From: Candidatus Caldarchaeum sp.
GTDB lineage: Archaea > Thermoproteota > Nitrososphaeria_A > Caldarchaeales > Caldarchaeaceae
Direction: 5' to 3'
DNA length: 54,437 bases
Assembly (NCBI GenBank): GCA_038844785.1
Contig: JAWBRA010000012.1
Span: 1 to 54,437 of the forward strand
Shown: piece after piece, positions 1 to 7,915 of the stretch
How the letters are laid out: every line of letters starts with the position of its first letter
How positions within the stretch are numbered: position 1 is the stretch's first letter
Notes under the pieces: generated by a model
The model's database searches: none
Told to the model about the DNA's origin: nothing
What the model saw: only the letters and a program-made list of their open reading frames with translations
Translations under genes and position numbers: made by a program

Positions 1-58
1 AAAAACACGCTAACTCCTGAAGAAAATCAAACAAACAATGGCTGGAGGCCAGGCCTGA
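1..58 (+). pseudogene. C-terminal remnant of an IS110/Nop-like gene (runs off window edge)
   Basis: Frame 2 reads KTR*LLKKIKQTMAGGQA* (in-frame TAA at 11-13, TGA at 56-58). This resembles the C-terminus QLLKRIWKTVKERERLEAPA* of 39778-40628, and the same 3' element follows it. Confidence 0.6.
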
Positions 59-206
59 CAGCGGAGAAAAACCAGATGAAGGCCGGGCAATTCAGTACCC
101 AACGCTTTACGGCGATTTATCACGGAATGCACGGTTTTCATCCGGCTTCCCAGACGTTGTCAGACGACGGGCCTCCAGCCAAACCCTCCCCTCTATTTTT
201 CCTTTC
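40..206 (+). ncRNA. Putative structured 3' RNA of IS110/Nop-like element, copy 1
   Basis: 11-bp inverted repeat GGCTGGAGGCC (40-50) / GGCCTCCAGCC (170-180) encloses stem-internal loop-hairpin units. A C/T-rich tail follows. Homologous to 39618-39797 (minus). Confidence 0.6.
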
Positions 207-242
207 AAAATTATTGTTTGTGTTATGTCTTGATAGCTCAGC

Positions 243-628
243 TTGGTGGAGAAGATATCAACAAATGCTACTATAGAGAGGGCGTTGAGGAGTAACGATC
301 ATCAGGTAGTCATAGAGATACTGGCACGCTATTGTCAATCTGTAAGGCCTTCGGATCGAGCAGCTTTAGCTCCCATGTAGAGTTCCAAGACGCATATTCC
401 TCAGGAAGCGTAGTCGTTGGAGTAAAGAGCGGAATAGCCATAAACAGGAGAAGCGGAGCCGTTAGGAGAGGGGCCCTGTATGAGGTTGAGTATGTAAAGT
501 CCGGCCATGAGTTCTCAGGCTTGATAACTGTCAGGAACCTGCCAAACTACCTGATGGGCCTCATCTCATCTGCCCTAGATTATCTCAATGCTGGTATAGT
601 GAAGCTGGGCGGCTTCAAGTCTAGAGGT
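243..628 (+). pseudogene. CRISPR type III RAMP (Csm3/Csx7, Cas7-group) fragment
   Basis: Motifs ICKAFGS...FQDA...GIAINRRSGAV..GALYEVEYV...LGGFKSRG (G-rich loop). A 1-nt frameshift at ~335 breaks the YCxIC motif; the N-terminus is missing and homology stops at 628. Confidence 0.75.
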
Positions 629-791
629 AGGAAGCATATGTATAGGTCGCCACCCGTGATAAAACCTCTTGATGAAGCCCGGTTACGCGCCTAAGCTCGT
701 TAAACCTGAACCTGTGCTGCGGGTAGCTCTGAAACAACCTGAGCACCTGCTCTTCACGCCCAGCAACAGGCATGTAGCAGTCACGCTTCAT
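621..791 (-). pseudogene. Truncated winged-helix transcription regulator
   Basis: 56-aa ORF MKRDCYMPVAGREEQVLRLFQSYPQHRFRFNELRRVTGLHQEVLSRVATYTYASYL with GGGAGG upstream. The HTH-like FNELRRVTGLHQEVLSRV breaks off before the wing. Confidence 0.55.
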
Positions 792-894
792 CCCTCCCAC
801 CTTCTATACCGCAGCATTTATTGACTACGTGTCTGAGCACATCGCACGACGAACTTAATAAAAGGACGTAACCTCTAAAAGCAGGTCTGAAAGG

Positions 895-2166
895 ATGGCT
901 GGAAAGGTTTACGCCGAGGTGTACGGCTGCTCAGCAAACCAGGCCGACGGTGAGATTGCTTTAGGCCTGCTGAAGACCCGGGGATACGAGGTCGTGGACA
1001 GTCCCGAGAAGGCCGACTACGTCGTATTGGTAACTTGCGCCGTTAAGAAACCTACAGCCGACAGGATGGTGCACAGGATTAGAAGGTTCTCAGGACTGGG
1101 CCGGAGGCTTGTCGTGGCAGGATGTATGGTTACTGGGGAGAGTGAAAGGGTTAGGAAGGCGGCGCCTCAAGCGATAATGGTGCCGCCTCGAAGTATAACG
1201 GAGATACATGCAGCTGTTGAGGGAGAGGTTTTCAACGGCGGCGGGACCAAGCTTGGTTTGCCACGGGTTAGACGCACCCCCGTTGTCTCCATAATACCTG
1301 TTTCTGAGGGATGTAGGTGGAGCAGGTGCAGCTTCTGCATAGTGCCCAACACAAGACCAGGCTTCGAAAGCTATCCTGTCAGAATGGTTGTGGACGAGGT
1401 AAGAAGGGGTTTGGGCGAGGGCTGCAGAGAGTTTTGGCTGACTAGCCAGGACATGGGAAGCTACGGCATGGAGTCAGGGAGAAACCTTCTGCCAGAGCTT
1501 CTGGAAGCCGTCAACGACGTTGATGGCGACTTTTACGTGAGGGTGGGCATGATGAACCCTATCTACCTCAAGCCAATCCTCGATAAGCTGGTAAAAGCTT
1601 TCAGCAGAGATAAGATCTTCAAGTTCCTCCACCTGCCCGTGCAGTCGGGCTCGGACAAAGTTTTGAAGGAGATGAACAGAGGCCATTCCACGAAAGTTTT
1701 CCTTGAGATTGTTCGGAAATTTAGGGAGCGTATTCCAATGCTGACGCTCGCTACGGACATAATAGTGGGCTATCCCACTGAGACAGAGGATGATTTTGAG
1801 CAGACGTTAAAGCTGGTGGAGGAAGTTCAACCTCACGTGGTTAACATTTCACGATTCTTCCCACGTCCCAACACCCCTGCCGAAGGGCTGAAGCCTTTAC
1901 CCCATAATGTTGTCTCTCAAAGGGTATCGGTGTTGAAAGGATTGGTCGAGGAGCTGCAGCTAAGGCTCAACGAGGAATGGGTAGGCTGGTCGGGGAGAGC
2001 TTTGGTCGACGAGGTTGGCAAAAACGGCTTAATGGTTGCAAGAAACACTGCCTACAGACCCATAGTCCTGAACACTAGAGAAAACCTTCTGGGCAGGTTT
2101 GTCAACGTAGAGATAGTGGAGGCTGAGAAGACGTATCTTAAAGGCCGGCTCGGCGCTGTCTTCTAG
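895..2166 (+). CDS. tRNA t6A37 methylthiotransferase (MiaB-like, archaeal/eukaryotic MtaB type)
   Basis: UPF0004 N-terminus (YGCSAN...TCAV), radical SAM Cys motif, HLPVQSGS, C-terminal TRAM domain. Confidence 0.9.
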   Translation: MAGKVYAEVYGCSANQADGEIALGLLKTRGYEVVDSPEKADYVVLVTCAVKKPTADRMVHRIRRFSGLGRRLVVAGCMVTGESERVRKAAPQAIMVPPRSITEIHAAVEGEVFNGGGTKLGLPRVRRTPVVSIIPVSEGCRWSRCSFCIVPNTRPGFESYPVRMVVDEVRRGLGEGCREFWLTSQDMGSYGMESGRNLLPELLEAVNDVDGDFYVRVGMMNPIYLKPILDKLVKAFSRDKIFKFLHLPVQSGSDKVLKEMNRGHSTKVFLEIVRKFRERIPMLTLATDIIVGYPTETEDDFEQTLKLVEEVQPHVVNISRFFPRPNTPAEGLKPLPHNVVSQRVSVLKGLVEELQLRLNEEWVGWSGRALVDEVGKNGLMVARNTAYRPIVLNTRENLLGRFVNVEIVEAEKTYLKGRLGAVF

Positions 2167-2786
2167 CCGCCGGCCTGTGGCATAGGCCCCTCGACTACGG
2201 TGACCGTTCCAACCATCCATGGATGCGGGGTGCAGTGGTATGGATAAATGCCAGCCCTCACAAACGTGAAAACCCATCTCTCCCCCGCTCCAAACAACCC
2301 AGAATCAAACAGACCTTGGTCGGAAGTGACCGTGTGCGCCACGTTAACCTTTTCCATGTTAATCCATATCACAGTGCTGTTGTAGCCTGCGAGAACTTTG
2401 ACTCTTGCGGGCGAGTAGGTCTCGGTGGCGCTTGGGTCGAAGGAACCAGGCAAAATCACTATGGTTACGTTGTATGGTGTTGGACCCACGGCGCCCACAG
2501 TCTCTATCTTGGTGAAAGGCCCTATCTGAAGAGCTGCTGAAACAAGAACGAACGAAACCAAGCCAATCCCCAACGAAGCCAACACGTATGCTCTGCCGCC
2601 TGACAGCTGGGGAAGGCCGCCTCTGAACAGCCCGATTGGAAGCATGATGAGGCCTAACGCCAGGACGAAGCCTGAAAACTCAGCCAACGGCCTCATAGTC
2701 TCCGAAACCCCAGAGAACGGAATGAATATCCCAACTACGCCCATGACAATGAAGAGAACCGCAACAGCGAGCAGGGTGTCATCCAT
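2163..2786 (-). CDS. Membrane-anchored cupredoxin (plastocyanin/azurin-like blue copper protein)
   Basis: Three N-terminal TM helices; type-1 Cu ligands AHTVT...YHCTPHPWM. Confidence 0.85.
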   Translation of the reverse strand: MDDTLLAVAVLFIVMGVVGIFIPFSGVSETMRPLAEFSGFVLALGLIMLPIGLFRGGLPQLSGGRAYVLASLGIGLVSFVLVSAALQIGPFTKIETVGAVGPTPYNVTIVILPGSFDPSATETYSPARVKVLAGYNSTVIWINMEKVNVAHTVTSDQGLFDSGLFGAGERWVFTFVRAGIYPYHCTPHPWMVGTVTVVEGPMPQAGG

Positions 2787-2919
2787 GGGTTAAGCCTTGA
2801 AAAAACCTCTTTTTAAAGTAATGCCCACAAGCTAAGACGCCGCATTCCGACCCCCGGTAACGTTTATCTAACTAATGTGCATGACTTTAAATAATATCGA
2901 CTATTTCCTTGTCAGTTAA

Positions 2920-2963
2920 GGTTGTTTGTATTTCTTTTTTCTTGGTTTTTCCTTAATGCTCTG
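2920..2963 (-). repeat. Dispersed ~45-bp repeat, homologous to 41686-41731 (+)
   Basis: Reverse complement CAGAGCATTAAGGAAAAACCAAGAAAAAAGAAATACAAACAACC vs CAGAACATTAAGGAAAAAACCAAGAAGAAAGAAATACAAACCAACC. Confidence 0.85.
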
Positions 2964-3093
2964 CTGTAGCCGTTAAGGCGGACGGAGCGACTGTTCAGGA
3001 AGGACGGCCTTATCGAGGGGGAGGGGGGTTTTAAGGCGGGTATGAGGTTACGTCAGGAAGAGTCTTAGAATATTAAAAACCTACCCCATCACA

Positions 3094-3150
3094 AGGCTAA
3101 CGACGGAAGACAGGTTAGAATAGACATGTGGGTTAAGGATGGAATACCAC
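3094..3150 (+). pseudogene. Remnant homologous to the N-terminal part of ORF 41472-41696
   Basis: 49/57 nt identical to 41497-41553 by manual alignment; ANDGRQVRIDMWVKDGIP vs ANDGREVRIALWVEDGTP. Confidence 0.8.
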
Positions 3151-3326
3151 GGTCCACTTTGAAGAGTCTCCGTTTATTCCTTCAGGTGTTCAGCCACAGT
3201 ATGATGGAGGAGAATGGTTTTGTAGCGTGTGCCATAAAACATTCGAACAGAGATAGATGCCCCGACTGCAAGCTCAGCAGCCAGCCTTTTTTCAAACCCT
3301 TTAAGGAGAAACAAGCTTACGTCATC

Positions 3327-3530
3327 TTACGTTCTCTCCCCCTGTCGGAACGGCGTGTCCAGAGCGTAAGTCAAGTATCGCAGATAAACGATGAAATAAG
3401 TGATCACGCTGAACATGAGAAGCGTCTCAACCAAGCTCCGGCCCTTCACGAAAACAAGCACTAAAACCACCCCAAGCATCAAAACCTCAGACAAAATACG
3501 CGCAGAAGGAAGATAAACAGTCCCCTGCAT
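3327..3530 (-). pseudogene. Small membrane-protein fragment (possible DUF4239/bestrophin-like C-terminus)
   Basis: Two hydrophobic helices ending in ALDTPF; short and lies in a scar region. Confidence 0.3.
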
Positions 3531-3569
3531 ACCATATAATTATTTAAATAATTTTTCAGCCAAATAGGC

Positions 3570-4244
3570 ATGACGCAGAAGTTGGTGAAAGTCTCCGTCA
3601 TAGGCGGTACTGGTGATCTGGGTTTTGCTCTTGCGCTTAGGCTTGCCAAGGCGGGGGTGGAAGTTGTAATCGGGTCGAGGCATGTTGAAAAAGCCTCTAA
3701 AGCAGCGCGTGAGATCTTAAACCTTCTCGGAAACGCCAAGGTCTCTGGCCGAGTAAACCATGAGGCGGTGAAGGATTGTGATGTTGTCTTCTTCACAATA
3801 CCTTACGAAGCTGTCGATGAGATAGCCCGAAGTGTAGCCCCGGCTATGAAGGAGGGATGCCTCGCCGTCTCATGTATCGTCTCGATGAACGATGACGTGA
3901 TGTCGTCGGCAGAGTTTCTGGCGAGCAGGCTGCCGTCCTCGGTTAAGGTTGCAGCAGCCCTCCACACCGTAAGCGCTTCGGCGATGCTGGATGTGGACAA
4001 GCCGCTTAACATGGATACGTTCATCTTCGGAGACGACCTTGAGGGGAAGAAGACCTTAGCTAAGCTGCTGTCTCTAATCGACGGGCTACGCCCCATAGAT
4101 GGGGGGTCGTTGAAAAACTCGCGCTACGGCGAGGTTTTCACAAGGTTTCTAATCGGAGTCAACAGAAGATACGACGTTGGGAACGCGGGCTTAAGGGTTA
4201 CCGGGTTGGCGGATGAGGCTGTTTTGAAGAGGTGGGGCATGTGA
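3570..4244 (+). CDS. npdG: NADPH-dependent F420 reductase
   Basis: IIGGTGDLG Rossmann motif, IGSR, RPIDGGSLKNS, INRRY-like C-terminus. Confidence 0.85.
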   Translation: MTQKLVKVSVIGGTGDLGFALALRLAKAGVEVVIGSRHVEKASKAAREILNLLGNAKVSGRVNHEAVKDCDVVFFTIPYEAVDEIARSVAPAMKEGCLAVSCIVSMNDDVMSSAEFLASRLPSSVKVAAALHTVSASAMLDVDKPLNMDTFIFGDDLEGKKTLAKLLSLIDGLRPIDGGSLKNSRYGEVFTRFLIGVNRRYDVGNAGLRVTGLADEAVLKRWGM

Positions 4245-5599
4245 AGCCTTCGCCGCATATCTTCAGGGCCTATGACGTGAGAGGTGTTTACGGGCAGGAC
4301 CTTGACGAAGAAGTAGCGTACAAGATAGGTAGAGCCTTTGGAAAAAAAGCTGGTGGAAAAATCTTGGTTGGAAGAGATGTGAGGCTCAGCGGCAAACCGC
4401 TTTCAAAAGCGTTGATAGACGGGTTGAATGATTCGGGGGTTGATGTCTTAGATGCAGGGGTTTGCACCACGCCTGCCAGCTATTTCGGCGTGCGTTACTT
4501 CGGTGCATCCGGCGGCGTGATGGTTACCGCAAGCCACAACCCAAAGGAATGGAACGGCTTCAAAATGTTCCTTGGAGATGGTGAAACAATCTCGGAAGGC
4601 GCCGGCATGGAAGAGATACTGGAGATGGTGCTCCACGAAAAATACGGCCCAGCGGCTGAAAACAAGGGCAGCATAACCGAAGTAAACCTGCTGGAAGCCT
4701 ACCGCAAACATCTTTTATCAAGCTTTACATCCATGCCTGGTCTCAGGATGGCTGTCGACCTTAGCGACGGCTCGGCATCATTAGTGTTCCCGCAGGTTTT
4801 GAAAAGCTTGGAAATAGATTTCAAGGTTTTAAACGACAACCCTGACGGATGGTTTCGGGGACACGACCCAGAACCAACCGAGAAAAACATCGAGCCTTTG
4901 CGGAGACTTGTCGTTGAAGAAGGTTTTGACATGGGGGTAGCCTTTGACGGGGACGCCGACAGAGCCGTCTTCGTAGACGACAAGGGGAGAATATTGAATG
5001 GTGATATAGCGTTGGCTGTTCTGCTCAAGACTTACAAGGTCAAAGGATTTGTCGTATACGACGTCAACTCTTCAACAGCTTTGAGAGAAGTTGCTGAAAG
5101 TCTTGGTTTCACGCCTGTTGAATGGAAGGTTGGAAGAGCTTTTCTCCACAGGAAGGTGAGGGAGCTTGGAGCTGTCTTAGGGGGTGAGAAAAGCAACCAC
5201 CTTTACTTCGGCGAGCTGGGTGGAGATGATGACGCATTGTACGCCGCCCTCAAGATGGCTGGGCTACTGCACACGAGCCGCCAACCTCTCTCAAAACACG
5301 TCGACCAAATACCTTCATACCCGACGACCCCAATACTGGTCTACGACTGCCCCGACAGCATAAAGTTCAAAGTTGTTGAAAAGATTGGAAAGAGGCTTGA
5401 GGAGATGGGGTTCAGGATTAGCGGTTTGGATGGTGTCAAAGCTTTTGCCCAAGACGGCTGGATACTCATCAGAGCCTCTAACACCATGCCCCAGATAAAG
5501 ATGTCGGTGGAAGCTAAGACTTTGGATAGGCTTGAAGCTTTGAAGAGGATGGGCGAACGTTTAATACTCGACGAAACCACGGCAGGGCTGAAAGCTTGA
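4241..5599 (+). CDS. Phosphomannomutase/phosphoglucomutase
   Basis: FRAYDVRG, TASHNP, FDGDADR, GEKSNH. Start is probably the GTG at 4241, overlapping the npdG stop. Confidence 0.93.
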   Translation: MKPSPHIFRAYDVRGVYGQDLDEEVAYKIGRAFGKKAGGKILVGRDVRLSGKPLSKALIDGLNDSGVDVLDAGVCTTPASYFGVRYFGASGGVMVTASHNPKEWNGFKMFLGDGETISEGAGMEEILEMVLHEKYGPAAENKGSITEVNLLEAYRKHLLSSFTSMPGLRMAVDLSDGSASLVFPQVLKSLEIDFKVLNDNPDGWFRGHDPEPTEKNIEPLRRLVVEEGFDMGVAFDGDADRAVFVDDKGRILNGDIALAVLLKTYKVKGFVVYDVNSSTALREVAESLGFTPVEWKVGRAFLHRKVRELGAVLGGEKSNHLYFGELGGDDDALYAALKMAGLLHTSRQPLSKHVDQIPSYPTTPILVYDCPDSIKFKVVEKIGKRLEEMGFRISGLDGVKAFAQDGWILIRASNTMPQIKMSVEAKTLDRLEALKRMGERLILDETTAGLKA

Positions 5600-6228
5600 A
5601 CTGGTTTCAGCAGCTGGCTGTAACATACGGGCCTTTCGGCGTCTTCATAGCCTCGCTCCTGGGAAGTCTGGTGCCTTTTCTCCCTGTCCCATACCTATTT
5701 GTTGTTGTCTTGCTGAGCGAGAGCGTTGACCCTCTTGTGCTGGGGTTGGCTGCTGGGCTTGGCGGCTCGTTAGGAAAAATAACATCATACCTTCTTGGAA
5801 GGCTGGGATACCGCTTCCTCGGCCGGGAGAGTAAAAACAGGATGGATGCTTTGAGGGAGCTCATCGGAAAATACGGTGCGATAGGCGTGTTTGTCTTCGC
5901 GCTGACCCCGCTGCCTGACGACGTCTACTTCATCCCCGCGGGGATAATTAAAATGAGCCTCTGGCGCTTCCTTCTGGCAAACACATTAGGCAAAATAATC
6001 CTTTCAACTTTGGTGGCTTACATGGGAAAAACCTACTTCTACTACTCAAGCGTGTTCCTCGGCGAGGCAGCTTTAACATCAACGATCGTGGCCGTCATCG
6101 CCATGACCATCATAACAATAGTGCTTCTAAGAGTAGATTGGGAGATGGTTTTGAGAATCATGAAAGAATCGGGCTGGAAAGGGGTTTTGAAGAACCTGAC
6201 ATCCCTCGTTTCGAGGCATCACAGTTAA
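5596..6228 (+). CDS. VTT/YqaA (DedA-like) membrane protein
   Basis: Multiple TM helices, SYLLGR, ALTPLPDD motif. Confidence 0.85.
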   Translation: MNWFQQLAVTYGPFGVFIASLLGSLVPFLPVPYLFVVVLLSESVDPLVLGLAAGLGGSLGKITSYLLGRLGYRFLGRESKNRMDALRELIGKYGAIGVFVFALTPLPDDVYFIPAGIIKMSLWRFLLANTLGKIILSTLVAYMGKTYFYYSSVFLGEAALTSTIVAVIAMTIITIVLLRVDWEMVLRIMKESGWKGVLKNLTSLVSRHHS

Positions 6229-6293
6229 CATTGGCCAAAGGATGGAAACATCGGCCTCGAGCCTGTCAGGGTGTTTCAAAAACCAATATTTGA

Positions 6294-6309
6294 GTGAAAA
6301 ATTTATATA
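6294..6309 (+). promoter_or_regulatory. BRE/TATA promoter of the 6337 gene (leaderless spacing)
   Basis: GTGAAAAA followed by TTTATATA (6302-6309), ending about 28 nt before the TTG at 6337. Confidence 0.6.
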
Positions 6310-6336
6310 ACCAGAACACGTTTAATCTGTAAAGGT

Positions 6337-7899
6337 TTGAAATTAACGGCTGAAATGCGGGTAGCAGCAGCTACTGCCGGTGTTGTTTTTGCTCTATGGT
6401 ACGTGGTCGGAGGTTTTCTCCCCTCTTTCTTGGTTAACCTCTTGCCTGCGCAGTATTCTTTCCTCGTTTTCATCCTAACGGGGCTTGGGCTCACAACCGT
6501 ATACACTGTCATTCACTACAAGATTCAGAACATAGTCTTTTGGCCGGTTTTATTGGTTGGAGCTTTTGGAGGCTGGCTGGCGGCATTATTTCTCCACGCA
6601 CAGCTAGGGTCAAAATGGCCTATTGAAGGATGGCTGATGGGTTTGGGTGTTTTTTTAGCTCCGCCAGCCATACTCAGCGTGCTTTCGGGTATTCGGAAGA
6701 AAGAAATCCCCCCCGTCCAGATTGAGAGAGTAGAACCAACGCAGGAACCCCCCGCGAGTGGGGAGCAAGCGTCCGTGCAACAGCCTCAACAACAGTCAGT
6801 GGAGCAGCAAACTCCGACGGTGGTGGAGACTTCTGTTAAGGAGACCGCGGTAGCTGAAGCATCTCAGGTCTTCGCACCCCCACTACCCGAGCCTCCTCAT
6901 CTTCCGGAGAAAATTGACAGCGAGGAGCTTGAGGACTATCTCCTGGAATATATTGAGACAAGCAGGCTAACCGAAATAATTCCTATCCCTGCTTCTTCAG
7001 CCGAGGGAGGATATTTCCCAACGATACAGGAGAGGCTTGACATAGATTCTTCACGTCTGATGCTTTTGCTGAAAAGGCTGTTAGACAAAGGGATACTTAA
7101 AATCGGCGGTATAGAGTTTAAAAAAGTTGTATGCCCTAGATGTTTTAGCGCGCTCAACATGATTTCCTTAAGCTGCAAATCATGTAAATCACCCAACCTG
7201 AGCCGTCAAAGAATACTGCAGCATGAAGCGTGTGGTTTTCTCGGCCCTGAGGAAAGGTTCAGCGAGGGGGGTAGAAACCTATGTCCCAGATGTGGGACGG
7301 ATGTGTCTATTGCAAGCGAGCCCGAGGAGGAGGGTATGCATGACAAGCTTAAAGTTCATTCAAGCCTGTTCATCTGCTATCAATGTAACGAAGTTAACCC
7401 TGAGCCATACGTTTCTTTCAAATGTGTGACCTGCGGCATGGCATACGATTACAACAGCTTAGAGTTGAAGACATTCTACCGCTACACCGTTAACCCGCAG
7501 GCTTTATCCAAAGCGTTAGAACAAAACAAGCCGATAAAACTGTTGGTTGAGAAACTCCGTACGCTAGGCTATTCTATTGAGCGGTACACAACTATCCTCG
7601 GCTCTTCTAAAATAAGTCACAGGCTAGATCTCCTAGTCAAGCAGAACGGTGACCCCCGTTTCGTGATAATGTTTATCAAAACAGATAAAAAGGAAGACCA
7701 GCTCAACACTATCATGAAGGTGATGACTATGAAGCTTGACCTGAGTGATGTTGATTTCTATGTGATGAGTTACCATCCGTTGCATGATGAGGCGAGGAGG
7801 ATTGCAGAATTGTTTAACATATGGTATGTTGACTCCATTCTCACGAAAGACTTGTCTACTGTTGTTTCATCGTTGTTTGCGAGGGGTAGGGTGGCTTAG
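6337..7899 (+). CDS. Membrane-anchored TackOD1-like zinc-ribbon protein with C-terminal PD-(D/E)xK-like fold
   Basis: Four N-terminal TM helices, Pro/Gln/Glu linker, wHTH-like segment, CPRC..CKSC..HEACG..CPRCG..CYQC..CVTC, then GSSKISHRLDLLV. Confidence 0.75.
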   Translation: MKLTAEMRVAAATAGVVFALWYVVGGFLPSFLVNLLPAQYSFLVFILTGLGLTTVYTVIHYKIQNIVFWPVLLVGAFGGWLAALFLHAQLGSKWPIEGWLMGLGVFLAPPAILSVLSGIRKKEIPPVQIERVEPTQEPPASGEQASVQQPQQQSVEQQTPTVVETSVKETAVAEASQVFAPPLPEPPHLPEKIDSEELEDYLLEYIETSRLTEIIPIPASSAEGGYFPTIQERLDIDSSRLMLLLKRLLDKGILKIGGIEFKKVVCPRCFSALNMISLSCKSCKSPNLSRQRILQHEACGFLGPEERFSEGGRNLCPRCGTDVSIASEPEEEGMHDKLKVHSSLFICYQCNEVNPEPYVSFKCVTCGMAYDYNSLELKTFYRYTVNPQALSKALEQNKPIKLLVEKLRTLGYSIERYTTILGSSKISHRLDLLVKQNGDPRFVIMFIKTDKKEDQLNTIMKVMTMKLDLSDVDFYVMSYHPLHDEARRIAELFNIWYVDSILTKDLSTVVSSLFARGRVA

Positions 7900-7915
7900 A
7901 TGGCTCTGAACAGGG

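Noticed and set aside
76-276. 66-aa ORF
   Set aside because: Runs through the structured element and its T-rich tail; no protein features.
3126-3464. 112-aa ORF as an intact gene
   Set aside because: Only the first ~9 codons belong to a recognisable remnant; the rest overlaps an antisense membrane fragment.
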